The notes beneath the pieces are model-generated. The model made no database searches, had not been told where the DNA came from, and saw nothing but the letters and a program-made list of their open reading frames with translations. A stretch of DNA of 50,688 bases from a virus (taxonomy: Duplodnaviria > Caudoviricetes): the IMG/VR virus record IMGVR_UViG_3300044732_000890, positions 1-50,688 of that record; one strand, written 5' to 3'. Of this stretch, positions 25,958 through 34,510 are shown piece after piece. Made by a program: the position numbers and the translations under genes. The number at the start of each line of letters is the position of its first letter. Position 1 is the first letter of the stretch.

Positions 25958-25961
25958 CAAA

Positions 25962-26018
25962 TTATTTTTGGGCGACCTAAAAATAACGCTTGACTTTTGC
26001 GCCGGCAGGCCTCATATT
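25962..26018 (+). promoter_or_regulatory. Promoter P8
   Basis: TTATTTTTGGG-CGA-CCTAAAAATAA inverted repeat, TTGACT 25990-25995, CATATT 26013-26018. Confidence 0.8.
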
Positions 26019-26047
26019 GGACTCAAGACTGATAACGGAGAACCAAG

Positions 26048-26911
26048 ATGACCGACTTCTTTGACCACCTCCCCGAGTTTGAAATCATCGAAGGCCCGGC
26101 TCGTCCGGCCCAGACCCGTCAGACGTTCCCCTGCGAAAGCTGCGGCGGCAAGGGTAAGGTCGCCAAGGTGTACGGCTATACGCCGATGACCCAGCGCACC
26201 TACATGAACACCTGTCCGATTTGCAAAGGTAAGGGCCACTTCTTCACCTCCTACGCCGATCGTCAGAAGTCTCAGGCTCAAGCCGCTGCTGCTAAGGTTC
26301 GCAAGGCTGAGGCCGCCCGTGAGGACTTTGATACCGCCAACCCCGGCGTCCGCGAGTTCCTTATGGGTGCTATGAATTGGTCGAGCTTCGCCGCTTCCTT
26401 GTTTGAGAGCCTCGCCAAGCACCATAGCCTCTCGGAGAAACAACTTGCGGCGGCTCAGAGCATGATGGAGAAGGCCAAGTCTCGCGACGCCGAGCGCAAC
26501 GCTAAGCGCGCAGCCAATACCGTGACGCTGGATGCCTCCAACATCCTCGGCATGTTCTCTACGGCCAAGGCCAACGGCTTGAACCGTCGCGCCCTGCTGG
26601 CCGGTGGCACCGAGGGTAAGCTCAAGGTCACCCCGTCCTCGGACACGAGCCGCAACGCTGGTGGTCTGTGGGTCACGGTCGACGACGAGTTCGTCGGCGG
26701 CATCAGCAAGACCGGCGAGTTCCAGCCGCGCAGCAACACCCCGGCATGGGCTAAGGACGCCCTGCTCCGCATGGCTGCCGACCCGGCTGGCGAGGCTCGC
26801 CTCTACGGTCAGCGTACCGGCGTGTGCTGTTGCTGTGGTCGCGAGCTTACCGACCCGGTCAGCATCGAGGCTGGAATAGGCCCGATATGTGCAGAGAAGT
26901 GGGGGCTCTAA
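26048..26911 (+). CDS. Zn-finger protein with DnaJ-like CxxCxGxG repeats and C-terminal DUF6011-like domain
   Basis: CESCGGKG, CPICKGKG; CCCCGRELTDPVSIEAGIGPICAEK. Confidence 0.8.
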   Translation: MTDFFDHLPEFEIIEGPARPAQTRQTFPCESCGGKGKVAKVYGYTPMTQRTYMNTCPICKGKGHFFTSYADRQKSQAQAAAAKVRKAEAAREDFDTANPGVREFLMGAMNWSSFAASLFESLAKHHSLSEKQLAAAQSMMEKAKSRDAERNAKRAANTVTLDASNILGMFSTAKANGLNRRALLAGGTEGKLKVTPSSDTSRNAGGLWVTVDDEFVGGISKTGEFQPRSNTPAWAKDALLRMAADPAGEARLYGQRTGVCCCCGRELTDPVSIEAGIGPICAEKWGL

Positions 26912-26923
26912 GCCCCCATCAAA

Positions 26924-26981
26924 TTATTTTTTGGGCAGCCTAAAAATAACACTTGACTTTTGAGAGCATCGGTGGCATATT
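26924..26981 (+). promoter_or_regulatory. Promoter P9
   Basis: Preceded by TGGGGGC/GCCCCCA hairpin; TTATTTTTTGGG..CCTAAAAATAA, TTGACT 26953-26958, CATATT 26976-26981. Confidence 0.8.
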
Positions 26982-27011
26982 GGGTTCACAACTGAATAAC
27001 GGAGAAACAAG

Positions 27012-27575
27012 ATGACTATCCGCACCGTCAAAGATGCTGACTCAATACATAAGCTCGTAGGTCTGTATGCCGCGCTTCAGTCAGCGCGAGTTTCGTCTGG
27101 ATACTTTGTAGAGGACCGGGTAGCTGATGTTTTATCTACGTTATACACCGGGACGTTAGTCAAGCGGTTCAAGATTAAATCTCCTAATTCAGATAGAAAA
27201 ACGAAACAGTTCGATGTAGCAATTCGTAACGGTAACTCTCTAGATGTGTTTGAAATTAAAACATACGCGGGAGATTCATTTACCTATTCTGAAGATACTG
27301 TGTTCAAGTCCATTTACACCGACTTGGAAGTTCTAAAATCCGCAAATCCCGGTGTTGATGTAAAGCTATACTATGTGTTTTCAGATATTGATAGTGAGTT
27401 TGCGATACGTATGAAGAAAGAAAAAGTTGTCGGTGTGATATCGTTTGCCGATATAGGTCTGAATGCAAACGAACTTATCATCGAAGGTATGATGCTAAAA
27501 TTCAATAAGAACCTCGCTGACCTGTCCATTTCTGATAATCTCAAGAAAGCTATAACTGATGAATTCTCAGCGTAA
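27012..27575 (+). CDS. PD-(D/E)XK restriction-endonuclease-like protein (AT-rich)
   Basis: GYFVE, FDVAI, VFEIKT spacing fits E...(P)D...ExK; overlaps MTase gene. Confidence 0.6.
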   Translation: MTIRTVKDADSIHKLVGLYAALQSARVSSGYFVEDRVADVLSTLYTGTLVKRFKIKSPNSDRKTKQFDVAIRNGNSLDVFEIKTYAGDSFTYSEDTVFKSIYTDLEVLKSANPGVDVKLYYVFSDIDSEFAIRMKKEKVVGVISFADIGLNANELIIEGMMLKFNKNLADLSISDNLKKAITDEFSA

Positions 27576-28104
27576 ATATAAGGTGATATACGCCGACCCG
27601 CCGTGGAACTTTGAAACGTACTCTGAAAAGGGACAAGTCAAAACCCCTCACAGACATTACGGTTGCATGACCGAAGCCGATATCGGAAAACTACCGATAT
27701 CAGATATTGCTGACAAGGACTGCGCACTATTTATGTGGATAATAGACAGTCATCTACACCACGCGATGAAAATTATTGAGCAGTGGGGTTTTACTTATAA
27801 AACTGTCGCGTTTGTCTGGGCTAAAACCACCAAGCATAACAAATGGCATTTTGGGCAAGGCTACTGGACCCGTAAAAACCCAGAAATATGTTTGATGGCC
27901 ACTAGAGGTTCTCCTAAAAAAGCTTCTTGGGCTGTACGTCAGCTTGTAGTTGCTCCGGTTAGGGAGCATTCTCGTAAGCCTGACGAAGTCCGGGAGGGTA
28001 TTGTTCAGCTGATGGGCGATGTACCTAGGATTGAACTGTTTGCAAGGACTACAACTCCCGGTTGGGACGTATACGGCAACGAAACAGATAAATTTAAACC
28101 ATGA
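27559..28104 (+). CDS. MT-A70-family adenine methyltransferase
   Basis: YKVIYADPPW, LFMW, WGFTYKT, HSRKP, RIELFAR, GWDVYGNE. Confidence 0.93.
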   Translation: MNSQRKYKVIYADPPWNFETYSEKGQVKTPHRHYGCMTEADIGKLPISDIADKDCALFMWIIDSHLHHAMKIIEQWGFTYKTVAFVWAKTTKHNKWHFGQGYWTRKNPEICLMATRGSPKKASWAVRQLVVAPVREHSRKPDEVREGIVQLMGDVPRIELFARTTTPGWDVYGNETDKFKP

Positions 28105-28916
28105 CCGACATCATTACACGTATCTATGACGCGATCAAGCGGGAGAGGCAAGGTTCAAAGTACCTTTCCCGGCTTGGAGCTAGCAGCTTTGGGCAGGAAT
28201 GCCTTCGTCGCACGTATCTCAGCTGGAGGGGGTTCGCTTTTAGCGATTTCGACGGTCGCATGCTACGGCTATTTGAGACCGGTCACCTTCAAGAGGCTCG
28301 CATCGTCGACGATCTCCGTCGGGCCGGGTTTGCTGTTTGGGATAAGGATGAAGATGGTAACCAGTTTGGTTTTACCGATACAACAGGTCATCTTATTGCC
28401 AAACTTGACGGTGTGATCAAAGGCATACCCGGAGATGAAGACACACCGCACACTCTTGAAATCAAAACTCACTCGCGCAAGTCGTTTGACACGCTGATCA
28501 AGAAAGGTATGAAAGAGGTCAAGTTTGAACACTATGTTCAGATGCAAATCGGCATGTGGCTTTCCGGTATCTCTAAAGGTTTGTACGTCGCTTTGTGTAA
28601 GGACGATGAAGCTTACCATGTAGAATTTGTTGAACCCGACGAGGAGGTGCTTACGGCGCTTAAAGAACGGTTAGACACCTTGTTAACTGCCTCTCTTGTC
28701 CCGGCTGGTATTTCAGAAAACCCGGATAAATTTCCCTGTGCGTGGTGCGATATGAAAGCCGTATGCTATGGGTTGGATAAACCGGACCGGAACTGTCGCA
28801 CGTGTGTTAACTGTGAGCCAATAGAAGATGGCGGATGGATGTGTTCGCTTACCTCTACCGGGCTTACCAAGCAAGAACAGGAGAAGGCTTGTGACCTCTA
28901 CTCGTCCCGCCTTTAA
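28101..28916 (+). CDS. Cas4/RecB-like PD-(D/E)XK exonuclease
   Basis: LGASSFGQECLR, FETGH..E, LDG, LEIKT, HYVQMQ, CAWCDMKAVC. Confidence 0.88.
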   Translation: MTDIITRIYDAIKRERQGSKYLSRLGASSFGQECLRRTYLSWRGFAFSDFDGRMLRLFETGHLQEARIVDDLRRAGFAVWDKDEDGNQFGFTDTTGHLIAKLDGVIKGIPGDEDTPHTLEIKTHSRKSFDTLIKKGMKEVKFEHYVQMQIGMWLSGISKGLYVALCKDDEAYHVEFVEPDEEVLTALKERLDTLLTASLVPAGISENPDKFPCAWCDMKAVCYGLDKPDRNCRTCVNCEPIEDGGWMCSLTSTGLTKQEQEKACDLYSSRL

Positions 28917-30312
28917 GTATCTCACCGAGCCACGTAAACATCAGGTTGCCGCTCTTGAGAAAATGGGCGACAAGCACGCTTTCGGTCTATTCATGGACGT
29001 GGGTACCGGCAAGAGCTGGACCACGATCGCTGTGATGGGTCGCCGGTTCTGTGCCGGGGAGAGCGATCACGCCCTGATCATCTCCAAGAACGGAGTTCAG
29101 ACTCAGTGGGTGAATTCTGAGATACCTAAACACCTCCACCCAGACATTCCCCGGCAAACGATGGTCTACCGTAATAGCGCCGCGCTTAATAAGCGCCTTG
29201 ATGAGCTGCTGAGGTTTGACGGTCTGAAGGTTCTGGCTATGAACGTGGAGTCTATTGCCACACCCGCCGGGTTTGAGGCGGCGTCTCGTTTCCTCCGGGC
29301 GGGTAACGGTCGGGGAGCTATCTACCTTGACGAAAGCCAGACTATCAAGAGTGCGGGAGCCAAGCGCACTCGCGCTGCTCTACGCCTCGGCAAGCTCGCC
29401 AAGTACCGCATGATTCTGACAGGTACGCCCATTTCCAAGGATGTAGTTGACCTGTACTCCCAGCTTTCGTTTCTTGATCAGGACATTCTTAGGCTAACCC
29501 GCAAGGCGGACTTTATCCGCAACTATTGTGTGACGGTCATGACGCCTTACGGTGAAGAGATCGTCGGTCAGAAAAATGTTGAACAGCTTCAGGCTCAAAT
29601 AGACCCTCACATTTTTCGCATCACTTCGGCGGAAGCGTTGGACCTCCCTCCTCGCGTCTATGACCAGATCCCGTTCGAACTTTCAGAAGAGCAACTTCAT
29701 CTTATTCGGCAGATCAAGAATGACTATTATACCGCTGACGCCGCAGGTGAAGCCACAGTTAGCAATGCCGCAGCCGCTTTAACACGCATACAGCAGGTTT
29801 CCTGCGGTTTTCTCCCGCTTGATGACGGAACGATTAGGGAGCTGTCGAATCCTCGTCTAGACGCCTTGCTATCCCTTCTAGAGCAACGCAAAGGGAAGGC
29901 GATCATCTGGTGTCGGTTTAATGAAGATATCAAGCGTGTGTGGCAGTCTCTCAGCCCGCTGGGTGTTCACTACTTCGGCAAAACTTCTCCGGCAGACCGG
30001 GAGACGGCTCTCTCCGCGTTCATGGACCCCGACTCTGGTATCCGCTACCTGATCGCCAACCCAGAGGCGGCCGGGACCGGGCTCAACCTTCAGGGTATCT
30101 GCCAGACCAATGTCTACTACTCGAACTCGTTTAATGCTCTGTCTCGGTGGCAGTCAGAGGGTCGAACGTGGCGAGATGGCACACTCGGCTCCGTCACCTA
30201 CTTTGACCTTGTCGCTAACCGCTCACCCGACAAGCGTGTACTAAAAAACCTCAACGACAAGAAATCTATATCCGACCTAAACCTTGATGAGTACCGGGAG
30301 TTAATGAAGTGA
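28891..30312 (+). CDS. SNF2-family helicase
   Basis: PRKHQ, FMDVGTGKS, LDESQTIK, LTGTP, GTGLNLQ, QSEGR; start uncertain (GTG 28891 preferred). Confidence 0.9.
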   Translation: MTSTRPAFKYLTEPRKHQVAALEKMGDKHAFGLFMDVGTGKSWTTIAVMGRRFCAGESDHALIISKNGVQTQWVNSEIPKHLHPDIPRQTMVYRNSAALNKRLDELLRFDGLKVLAMNVESIATPAGFEAASRFLRAGNGRGAIYLDESQTIKSAGAKRTRAALRLGKLAKYRMILTGTPISKDVVDLYSQLSFLDQDILRLTRKADFIRNYCVTVMTPYGEEIVGQKNVEQLQAQIDPHIFRITSAEALDLPPRVYDQIPFELSEEQLHLIRQIKNDYYTADAAGEATVSNAAAALTRIQQVSCGFLPLDDGTIRELSNPRLDALLSLLEQRKGKAIIWCRFNEDIKRVWQSLSPLGVHYFGKTSPADRETALSAFMDPDSGIRYLIANPEAAGTGLNLQGICQTNVYYSNSFNALSRWQSEGRTWRDGTLGSVTYFDLVANRSPDKRVLKNLNDKKSISDLNLDEYRELMK

Positions 30313-30746
30313 CATTGGTTGAACTAACAGAAGCCTACATCCGAGCTAGACTTGATAACATGATAGCAAAGCCTGTTAAAAAGCCGAAGCCGGTTGCTCC
30401 CCCAAAGCCTAAGATAGTCGTTATGCCTCCCGTAAAAAGCAGCTTGTATGACGTAGATAGAATCATCGCCGCCGTCGCGATCGCATACAACGTCACACCC
30501 GAAGAAATTAGAGGGCGGAGCCGTAAGAAAAATATTGCATGGGTTAGACATCATGTCACCTGGGAACTGTATACCAAGCGTAGCGATCTATCTCTCGTAA
30601 CCATAGCCGTAGTAACTAACCGCGTATGTCACACGAGCGTGATCAATTCGGTTGATGCGTTTAAAAAGAACATGCATCGATTTGAAAAAGAGATAGCTCG
30701 GGTTGAATCCGAACTCGCACCACCTCCCGTCGTCAACGGTGCGTAA
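30309..30746 (+). CDS. Stand-alone DnaA C-terminal (domain IV)-like HTH protein
   Basis: IIAAVAIAYNVTPEEIRGRSRKKNIAWVRH...SLVTIA...RVCHTSVI mirrors Bac_DnaA_C (RDHTTV). Confidence 0.8.
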   Translation: MTLVELTEAYIRARLDNMIAKPVKKPKPVAPPKPKIVVMPPVKSSLYDVDRIIAAVAIAYNVTPEEIRGRSRKKNIAWVRHHVTWELYTKRSDLSLVTIAVVTNRVCHTSVINSVDAFKKNMHRFEKEIARVESELAPPPVVNGA

Positions 30747-30788
30747 ACTTAGCCGAGGCTTCGGCCTCGGCAACTTCTTAGGTGAAAC

Positions 30789-31055
30789 ATGAACGTAAAA
30801 GATATAATCGAAGAACTAGGTGGGCCGGGACAAGTTTCTTACCTTACCGGAGTTAGCCGGACAACCATTTGGGTATGGAACAAGAAACTTTCCATCCCAG
30901 TACACTATTGGCCGGTGTTAATTGGGCAGCGCTTAAGAAAACAAAATCGAGAACTTACGCTAAATGATTTGTACCGGGCCGTAATAGGATACGGAGCAAT
31001 GCGTAAAAGGTATCCAAGCAAACGTAATAAAGAGGACAGTCATGAGTTTGCTTAA
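30789..31055 (+). CDS. Cro-like HTH protein
   Basis: IIEELGGPGQVS..TGVSRTTIWVW...IPVHYW. Confidence 0.75.
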   Translation: MNVKDIIEELGGPGQVSYLTGVSRTTIWVWNKKLSIPVHYWPVLIGQRLRKQNRELTLNDLYRAVIGYGAMRKRYPSKRNKEDSHEFA

Positions 31056-31087
31056 CCCAAACCAGCAATACTAGAAGGGGATAACTT

Positions 31088-31288
31088 ATGTTAGAGTTTA
31101 TCATCGGGGTCATGGTTGGCGCTAGCGTTGGAACCGCATCCATCTATTTCCTGATCCTGCGCGATCGTCTGAAAGAAGCGAACGAGTGGATCAATATCCT
31201 CAACGAGCAAGAGCGTCAGATTCGCGATCTCAACAAACCCAAAGCCGTAACCAGACTTACCAACCGTGAAAGGACTGTCACACTATGA
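31088..31288 (+). CDS. Small membrane-anchored coiled-coil protein
   Basis: N-terminal TM then heptad pattern. Confidence 0.65.
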   Translation: MLEFIIGVMVGASVGTASIYFLILRDRLKEANEWINILNEQERQIRDLNKPKAVTRLTNRERTVTL

Positions 31289-31581
31289 GCCTGCACCAGT
31301 TTATCTCCGACGTAGAGTTCAATCGCAACTGCGCGTCCGTCATTGAAAAGAACCTCGCCAACCAGTGCGACCAGCGTATTGAACTGGCGAAGAAGCAGCG
31401 CGATGAAAGGATTGCCGAGGCTAAAAAGAAGTGCGCCGACGAGGAGGCTCTTGCCAACCGGCAGTACGATGAAACTCTCTCGCAAGAGACGATGTTGAAA
31501 CAGGCGATTTCGGAAGAGTTTACTGAGATCGACAAGTCTTTCGAGCGCATGATCATCGGAGACGTTGACAATGTCTTATGA
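31285..31581 (+). CDS. Hypothetical coiled-coil protein
   Basis: ATGA overlap, AAGGA SD. Confidence 0.7.
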   Translation: MSLHQFISDVEFNRNCASVIEKNLANQCDQRIELAKKQRDERIAEAKKKCADEEALANRQYDETLSQETMLKQAISEEFTEIDKSFERMIIGDVDNVL

Positions 31582-31717
31582 TGTGTGGAACTGGATTTTC
31601 TTCGCCTTCTTTGTTGGCGGCAGCATCGGCGGGTGGTCGATGCTGGCCCTGTTCGTGATGGAACTGGTCGCGTTCCGGCGTGAGATGAAGCGGGTTGATG
31701 AGATGGACACCCCTTGA
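31571..31717 (+). CDS. 48-aa membrane peptide
   Basis: Own translation MSYDVWNWIFFAFFVGGSIGGWSMLALFVMELVAFRREMKR...; GGAG SD; TGATG coupling to next gene. Confidence 0.55.
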   Translation: MSYDVWNWIFFAFFVGGSIGGWSMLALFVMELVAFRREMKRVDEMDTP

Positions 31718-32010
31718 TGCCGCGCACGGCTGCCAAGATTACGCAAGCTGACATTCTACCGCTTTCACCGCCACATGGATCACCGCTGATGAAGACTCCG
31801 AAAAAGAAGGCCGCTGCTAAAAAGAAGGCTCCAACCTTTGAGGCCGGGATGCTGGCACTGAACGTGTCGATTATCGCCAATACCGAGCAGGAGAAAGGCA
31901 ACGCGATGCACCTGCTGGAACAGATCACCTCTGTCGCGCAGACATTCGGCCTCCACGTGAGCCCGACGCTCTGGTTGCCCAAGTCCTATCTCTTGGGGAA
32001 GCCCAAGTGA
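31717..32010 (+). CDS. Hypothetical protein
   Basis: Lys-rich segment; coupled start. Confidence 0.55.
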   Translation: MPRTAAKITQADILPLSPPHGSPLMKTPKKKAAAKKKAPTFEAGMLALNVSIIANTEQEKGNAMHLLEQITSVAQTFGLHVSPTLWLPKSYLLGKPK

Positions 32011-32064
32011 ACTGGTCCGAATACTACATGGCTCCCCGCCTATGGGTTGCCCTTGGAGGTGAGA

Positions 32065-32298
32065 ATGGCTGAGATCTCGGAAAAACTACGCCGCGCTGCA
32101 AGGCAAGAAGACGCTGGGCCGGGCGTGTGCCGCGTGCTGGTCACGGAGGCCAGAGAGGCCGCCAACGAAATCAGGAAACTGCGGGCCGCACTGAAATCCA
32201 TTAGCTGCATGAAAGTGACGCCTGACGCGGAGATGGATCGTTTCACGCTGGCGGTGGCTATTGGCCTCGCCCGAGATGCCCTTGGAGGTGACAAGTGA
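32065..32298 (+). CDS. Hypothetical protein (EAANEIRKLRAAL...ALGGDK)
   Basis: ATG 32065 behind repeat SD. Confidence 0.65.
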   Translation: MAEISEKLRRAARQEDAGPGVCRVLVTEAREAANEIRKLRAALKSISCMKVTPDAEMDRFTLAVAIGLARDALGGDK

Positions 32299-32555
32299 AC
32301 CTATCTAAACCAGTTAGCATGGACCTAATCGACAGGATTGAACGCACCATTCAATTCACTGAATGCAACAACACGGTGGACTTACTCAGGGAATGTGAGG
32401 AGGAAATCTCCAAGCTGCGGGCGGCGCTGGAACTTTGGCATCTCGCCACAAAAATCAACGTGACAATGGAAGGACCGCAATACATGGGCGTCAGCTTCAT
32501 ACTTGGCCGTCAGGCGTGGGAACGTACCCGCGCTGCCCTTGGAGGTGACAAGTGA
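32295..32555 (+). CDS. Hypothetical protein (EEEISKLRAAL...ALGGDK), paralog-like to previous
   Basis: GTGA overlap; shared motifs and C-terminus. Confidence 0.65.
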   Translation: MNLSKPVSMDLIDRIERTIQFTECNNTVDLLRECEEEISKLRAALELWHLATKINVTMEGPQYMGVSFILGRQAWERTRAALGGDK

Positions 32556-32671
32556 GTACTGATTTCTGGGTCGGCCTATGGCTGGGCGTTGGCGCGGGCG
32601 GGCTATTGATGTTCGGCCTTGCTTTTCTTCTTTTGCGCTGGGTTGTCAGCGCGATTAACCCTTGGAGGTGA
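32552..32671 (+). CDS. 39-aa membrane peptide
   Basis: Own translation MSTDFWVGLWLGVGAGGLLMFGLAFLLLRWVVSAINPWR*. Confidence 0.55.
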   Translation: MSTDFWVGLWLGVGAGGLLMFGLAFLLLRWVVSAINPWR

Positions 32672-32674
32672 ACA

Positions 32675-32791
32675 ATGATTGAACTGTGGAATTCGCTTCC
32701 AGACTTGGCGAAAGCGTTAATCACGCTGCCAGTTGGTGTGATTTTGTTTGCCCTACTGACGGCTGATGGAGACTTGGGAGGTACAGGATGA
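32675..32791 (+). CDS. 38-aa hydrophobic peptide
   Basis: Own translation MIELWNSLPDLAKALITLPVGVILFALLTADGDLGGTG*. Confidence 0.5.
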   Translation: MIELWNSLPDLAKALITLPVGVILFALLTADGDLGGTG

Positions 32792-33000
32792 TCCGCGCTG
32801 ACCAGATACCGGATGAGGTGGTGAAGTTGGCTCTATCGGCCTACAAGCACGCCTCCAGTGATGTTTACACTACCGAAGAGCATGACATGGCCGAAGCCAT
32901 CGCTGCTGGCCTGAATGCGTGGACGGAAGCGTGGACTTCAAAAGAAATGATTGGAGGTCAACCCTATCTTCTCCTCCCCCTTCCGCAGGAGAAAGAATGA
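32788..33000 (+). CDS. Hypothetical protein, last plus-strand gene
   Basis: GGAGG SD, ATGA overlap. Confidence 0.65.
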   Translation: MIRADQIPDEVVKLALSAYKHASSDVYTTEEHDMAEAIAAGLNAWTEAWTSKEMIGGQPYLLLPLPQEKE

Positions 33001-33025
33001 CAAGGCTTGAACCGCCGCGTTAGCT

Positions 33026-34510
33026 TCAGCCAAACACCGACATAACACCCGCGATGGGGTCGCCGCGCTCCTTGATTGTGACAGCAAACGGACCTGTGTT
33101 CACATTGGTCGCGACGACCCCGGATAGCATTACTGAGTAGCCAGACTGCGTCGTGGTTGATGCCACTGAGCCGGCATAGAACACGCCCGCCGCGTAGTCG
33201 TCGTTTACATATGTCGTCCCTCTACCTTCGGCAGCCGCAGAAATGACGATGAACTGCCAAGGTTCACTTTGCACATCAAAGGCACCCCCGGAAGATCTTG
33301 ATTGGCCGAATACCTCACTGAGGCTCGAGTTGCTGTATATCGAATAGACCTGGATGGCCGTCTCGCCGCCATCGGTGTCAAAGCTGCACGTCACGTTACC
33401 CGATGCCCCGGTTGGGACTTCCGCCCACCCGATCCAACAGCCTCGCTCACGCCACAACGAATCATTACCCGACATCACACGAAGTTTCGCGTTTATCCCG
33501 GCGATGGTTAACTTCGTCATCTGAGCCGCTTTGTTGATCGTCTGCCCAGCAACCACAACAAGGCGCTTGCCCTTCGGTGCCGGGCCAAAATCCACGGCAC
33601 TAAAACTCTTGGTAAGCCCTGTCTTTGATGGGTTGTAGCCCCAGTGCCCAGTGTAAAGCTCCGGGTATCCAGTGGTTAACCCAATCACCTCGCACATACA
33701 CATCTGCTGGAATTGAGCGGCGCCGCTATTCGCGAGTTTGAAGCCAACTGTGCCGAGGCCATTGGCCGAACCAAGATTGCCATTTGTCGCGACGGCTGCC
33801 GTCAATGTGCTTTCAGAGAAGAAAGAGCCGACAACATTGAGGTTCTGTGTCTGCCACGAACCCTTAGTTGCCTTGGACTGTACTGAAGTGACCGCGCAAA
33901 TGTATGGCCTCACACTCGTCGGGACAAAGAACCGAATCGCGTACTCGGATGTCGAGAGCGCCGAAATGCCGCCACTGAAGCAGGTCGATGGCGCCCAGTC
34001 GCTTAACCCTGTCGGATCTCTGCGGCCGCCAACAACCGGGTTGATCGTGGACACATCCTTGAACCACCAGCAGTATACTGCACTCCCCACCATCTGGACC
34101 GACGAACCCCAGCCGATAGTGTAGTTCAACCCGCCCTTCACGTTGCCCCACGCGATTTGCGACCGCTCGCTCTCGGCCACAATACGCATGGACGTGCCGT
34201 TCAGTGTTGTGGGTGGCTCATCTGTAATGTCGGGCAAGACTGTGTAGTTACGCATTACGGCAACGACGACAATCTCAGCCCCCGCCGGGGCCGTCACAGA
34301 AATGCTCTTCGCCGTCCCGCCCTTCAATATCGCGCTTTCCGTCGTACTGACAAGCGTTGGCCGGCTATAGGACGGCTTAACCGCGTCAGCTACAGGCTGC
34401 ATCAAGCCGATTGACAGCGGCGGCATAGCTGCGGCTCGCCTTAAATCAACCGAAAGCCCAATAGCTGCGCCAACCGCGAAGGCACAGACGGATGTCAAAA
34501 GCTTCTTCAT
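33026..34510 (-). CDS. Beta-rich putative receptor-binding/accessory protein with signal-peptide-like N-terminus
   Basis: TGATG coupling to fibre gene; Ser/Gly/Thr-rich; last gene of tail operon. Confidence 0.65.
   Translation of the reverse strand: MKKLLTSVCAFAVGAAIGLSVDLRRAAAMPPLSIGLMQPVADAVKPSYSRPTLVSTTESAILKGGTAKSISVTAPAGAEIVVVAVMRNYTVLPDITDEPPTTLNGTSMRIVAESERSQIAWGNVKGGLNYTIGWGSSVQMVGSAVYCWWFKDVSTINPVVGGRRDPTGLSDWAPSTCFSGGISALSTSEYAIRFFVPTSVRPYICAVTSVQSKATKGSWQTQNLNVVGSFFSESTLTAAVATNGNLGSANGLGTVGFKLANSGAAQFQQMCMCEVIGLTTGYPELYTGHWGYNPSKTGLTKSFSAVDFGPAPKGKRLVVVAGQTINKAAQMTKLTIAGINAKLRVMSGNDSLWRERGCWIGWAEVPTGASGNVTCSFDTDGGETAIQVYSIYSNSSLSEVFGQSRSSGGAFDVQSEPWQFIVISAAAEGRGTTYVNDDYAAGVFYAGSVASTTTQSGYSVMLSGVVATNVNTGPFAVTIKERGDPIAGVMSVFG

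Larger units (their letters stand above)
32050..32671 (+). repeat. Four copies of CCCTTGGAGGTGA at junctions of tandem microgenes
   Basis: Copies at 32050, 32279, 32536, 32659; copies 2 and 3 extend to GCCCTTGGAGGTGACAAGTGA. Confidence 0.85.

Noticed and set aside
28101-28916. Cas4-like nuclease as CRISPR component, and its CRTCVNC motif as radical-SAM signature
   Set aside because: Typical stand-alone phage exonuclease in a Sak4-SSB-helicase module; spacing is CxxCxxC, not CxxxCxxC
30789-31055. Lysogeny switch implied by a Cro-like gene
   Set aside because: No divergent CI repressor, integrase or partition genes visible
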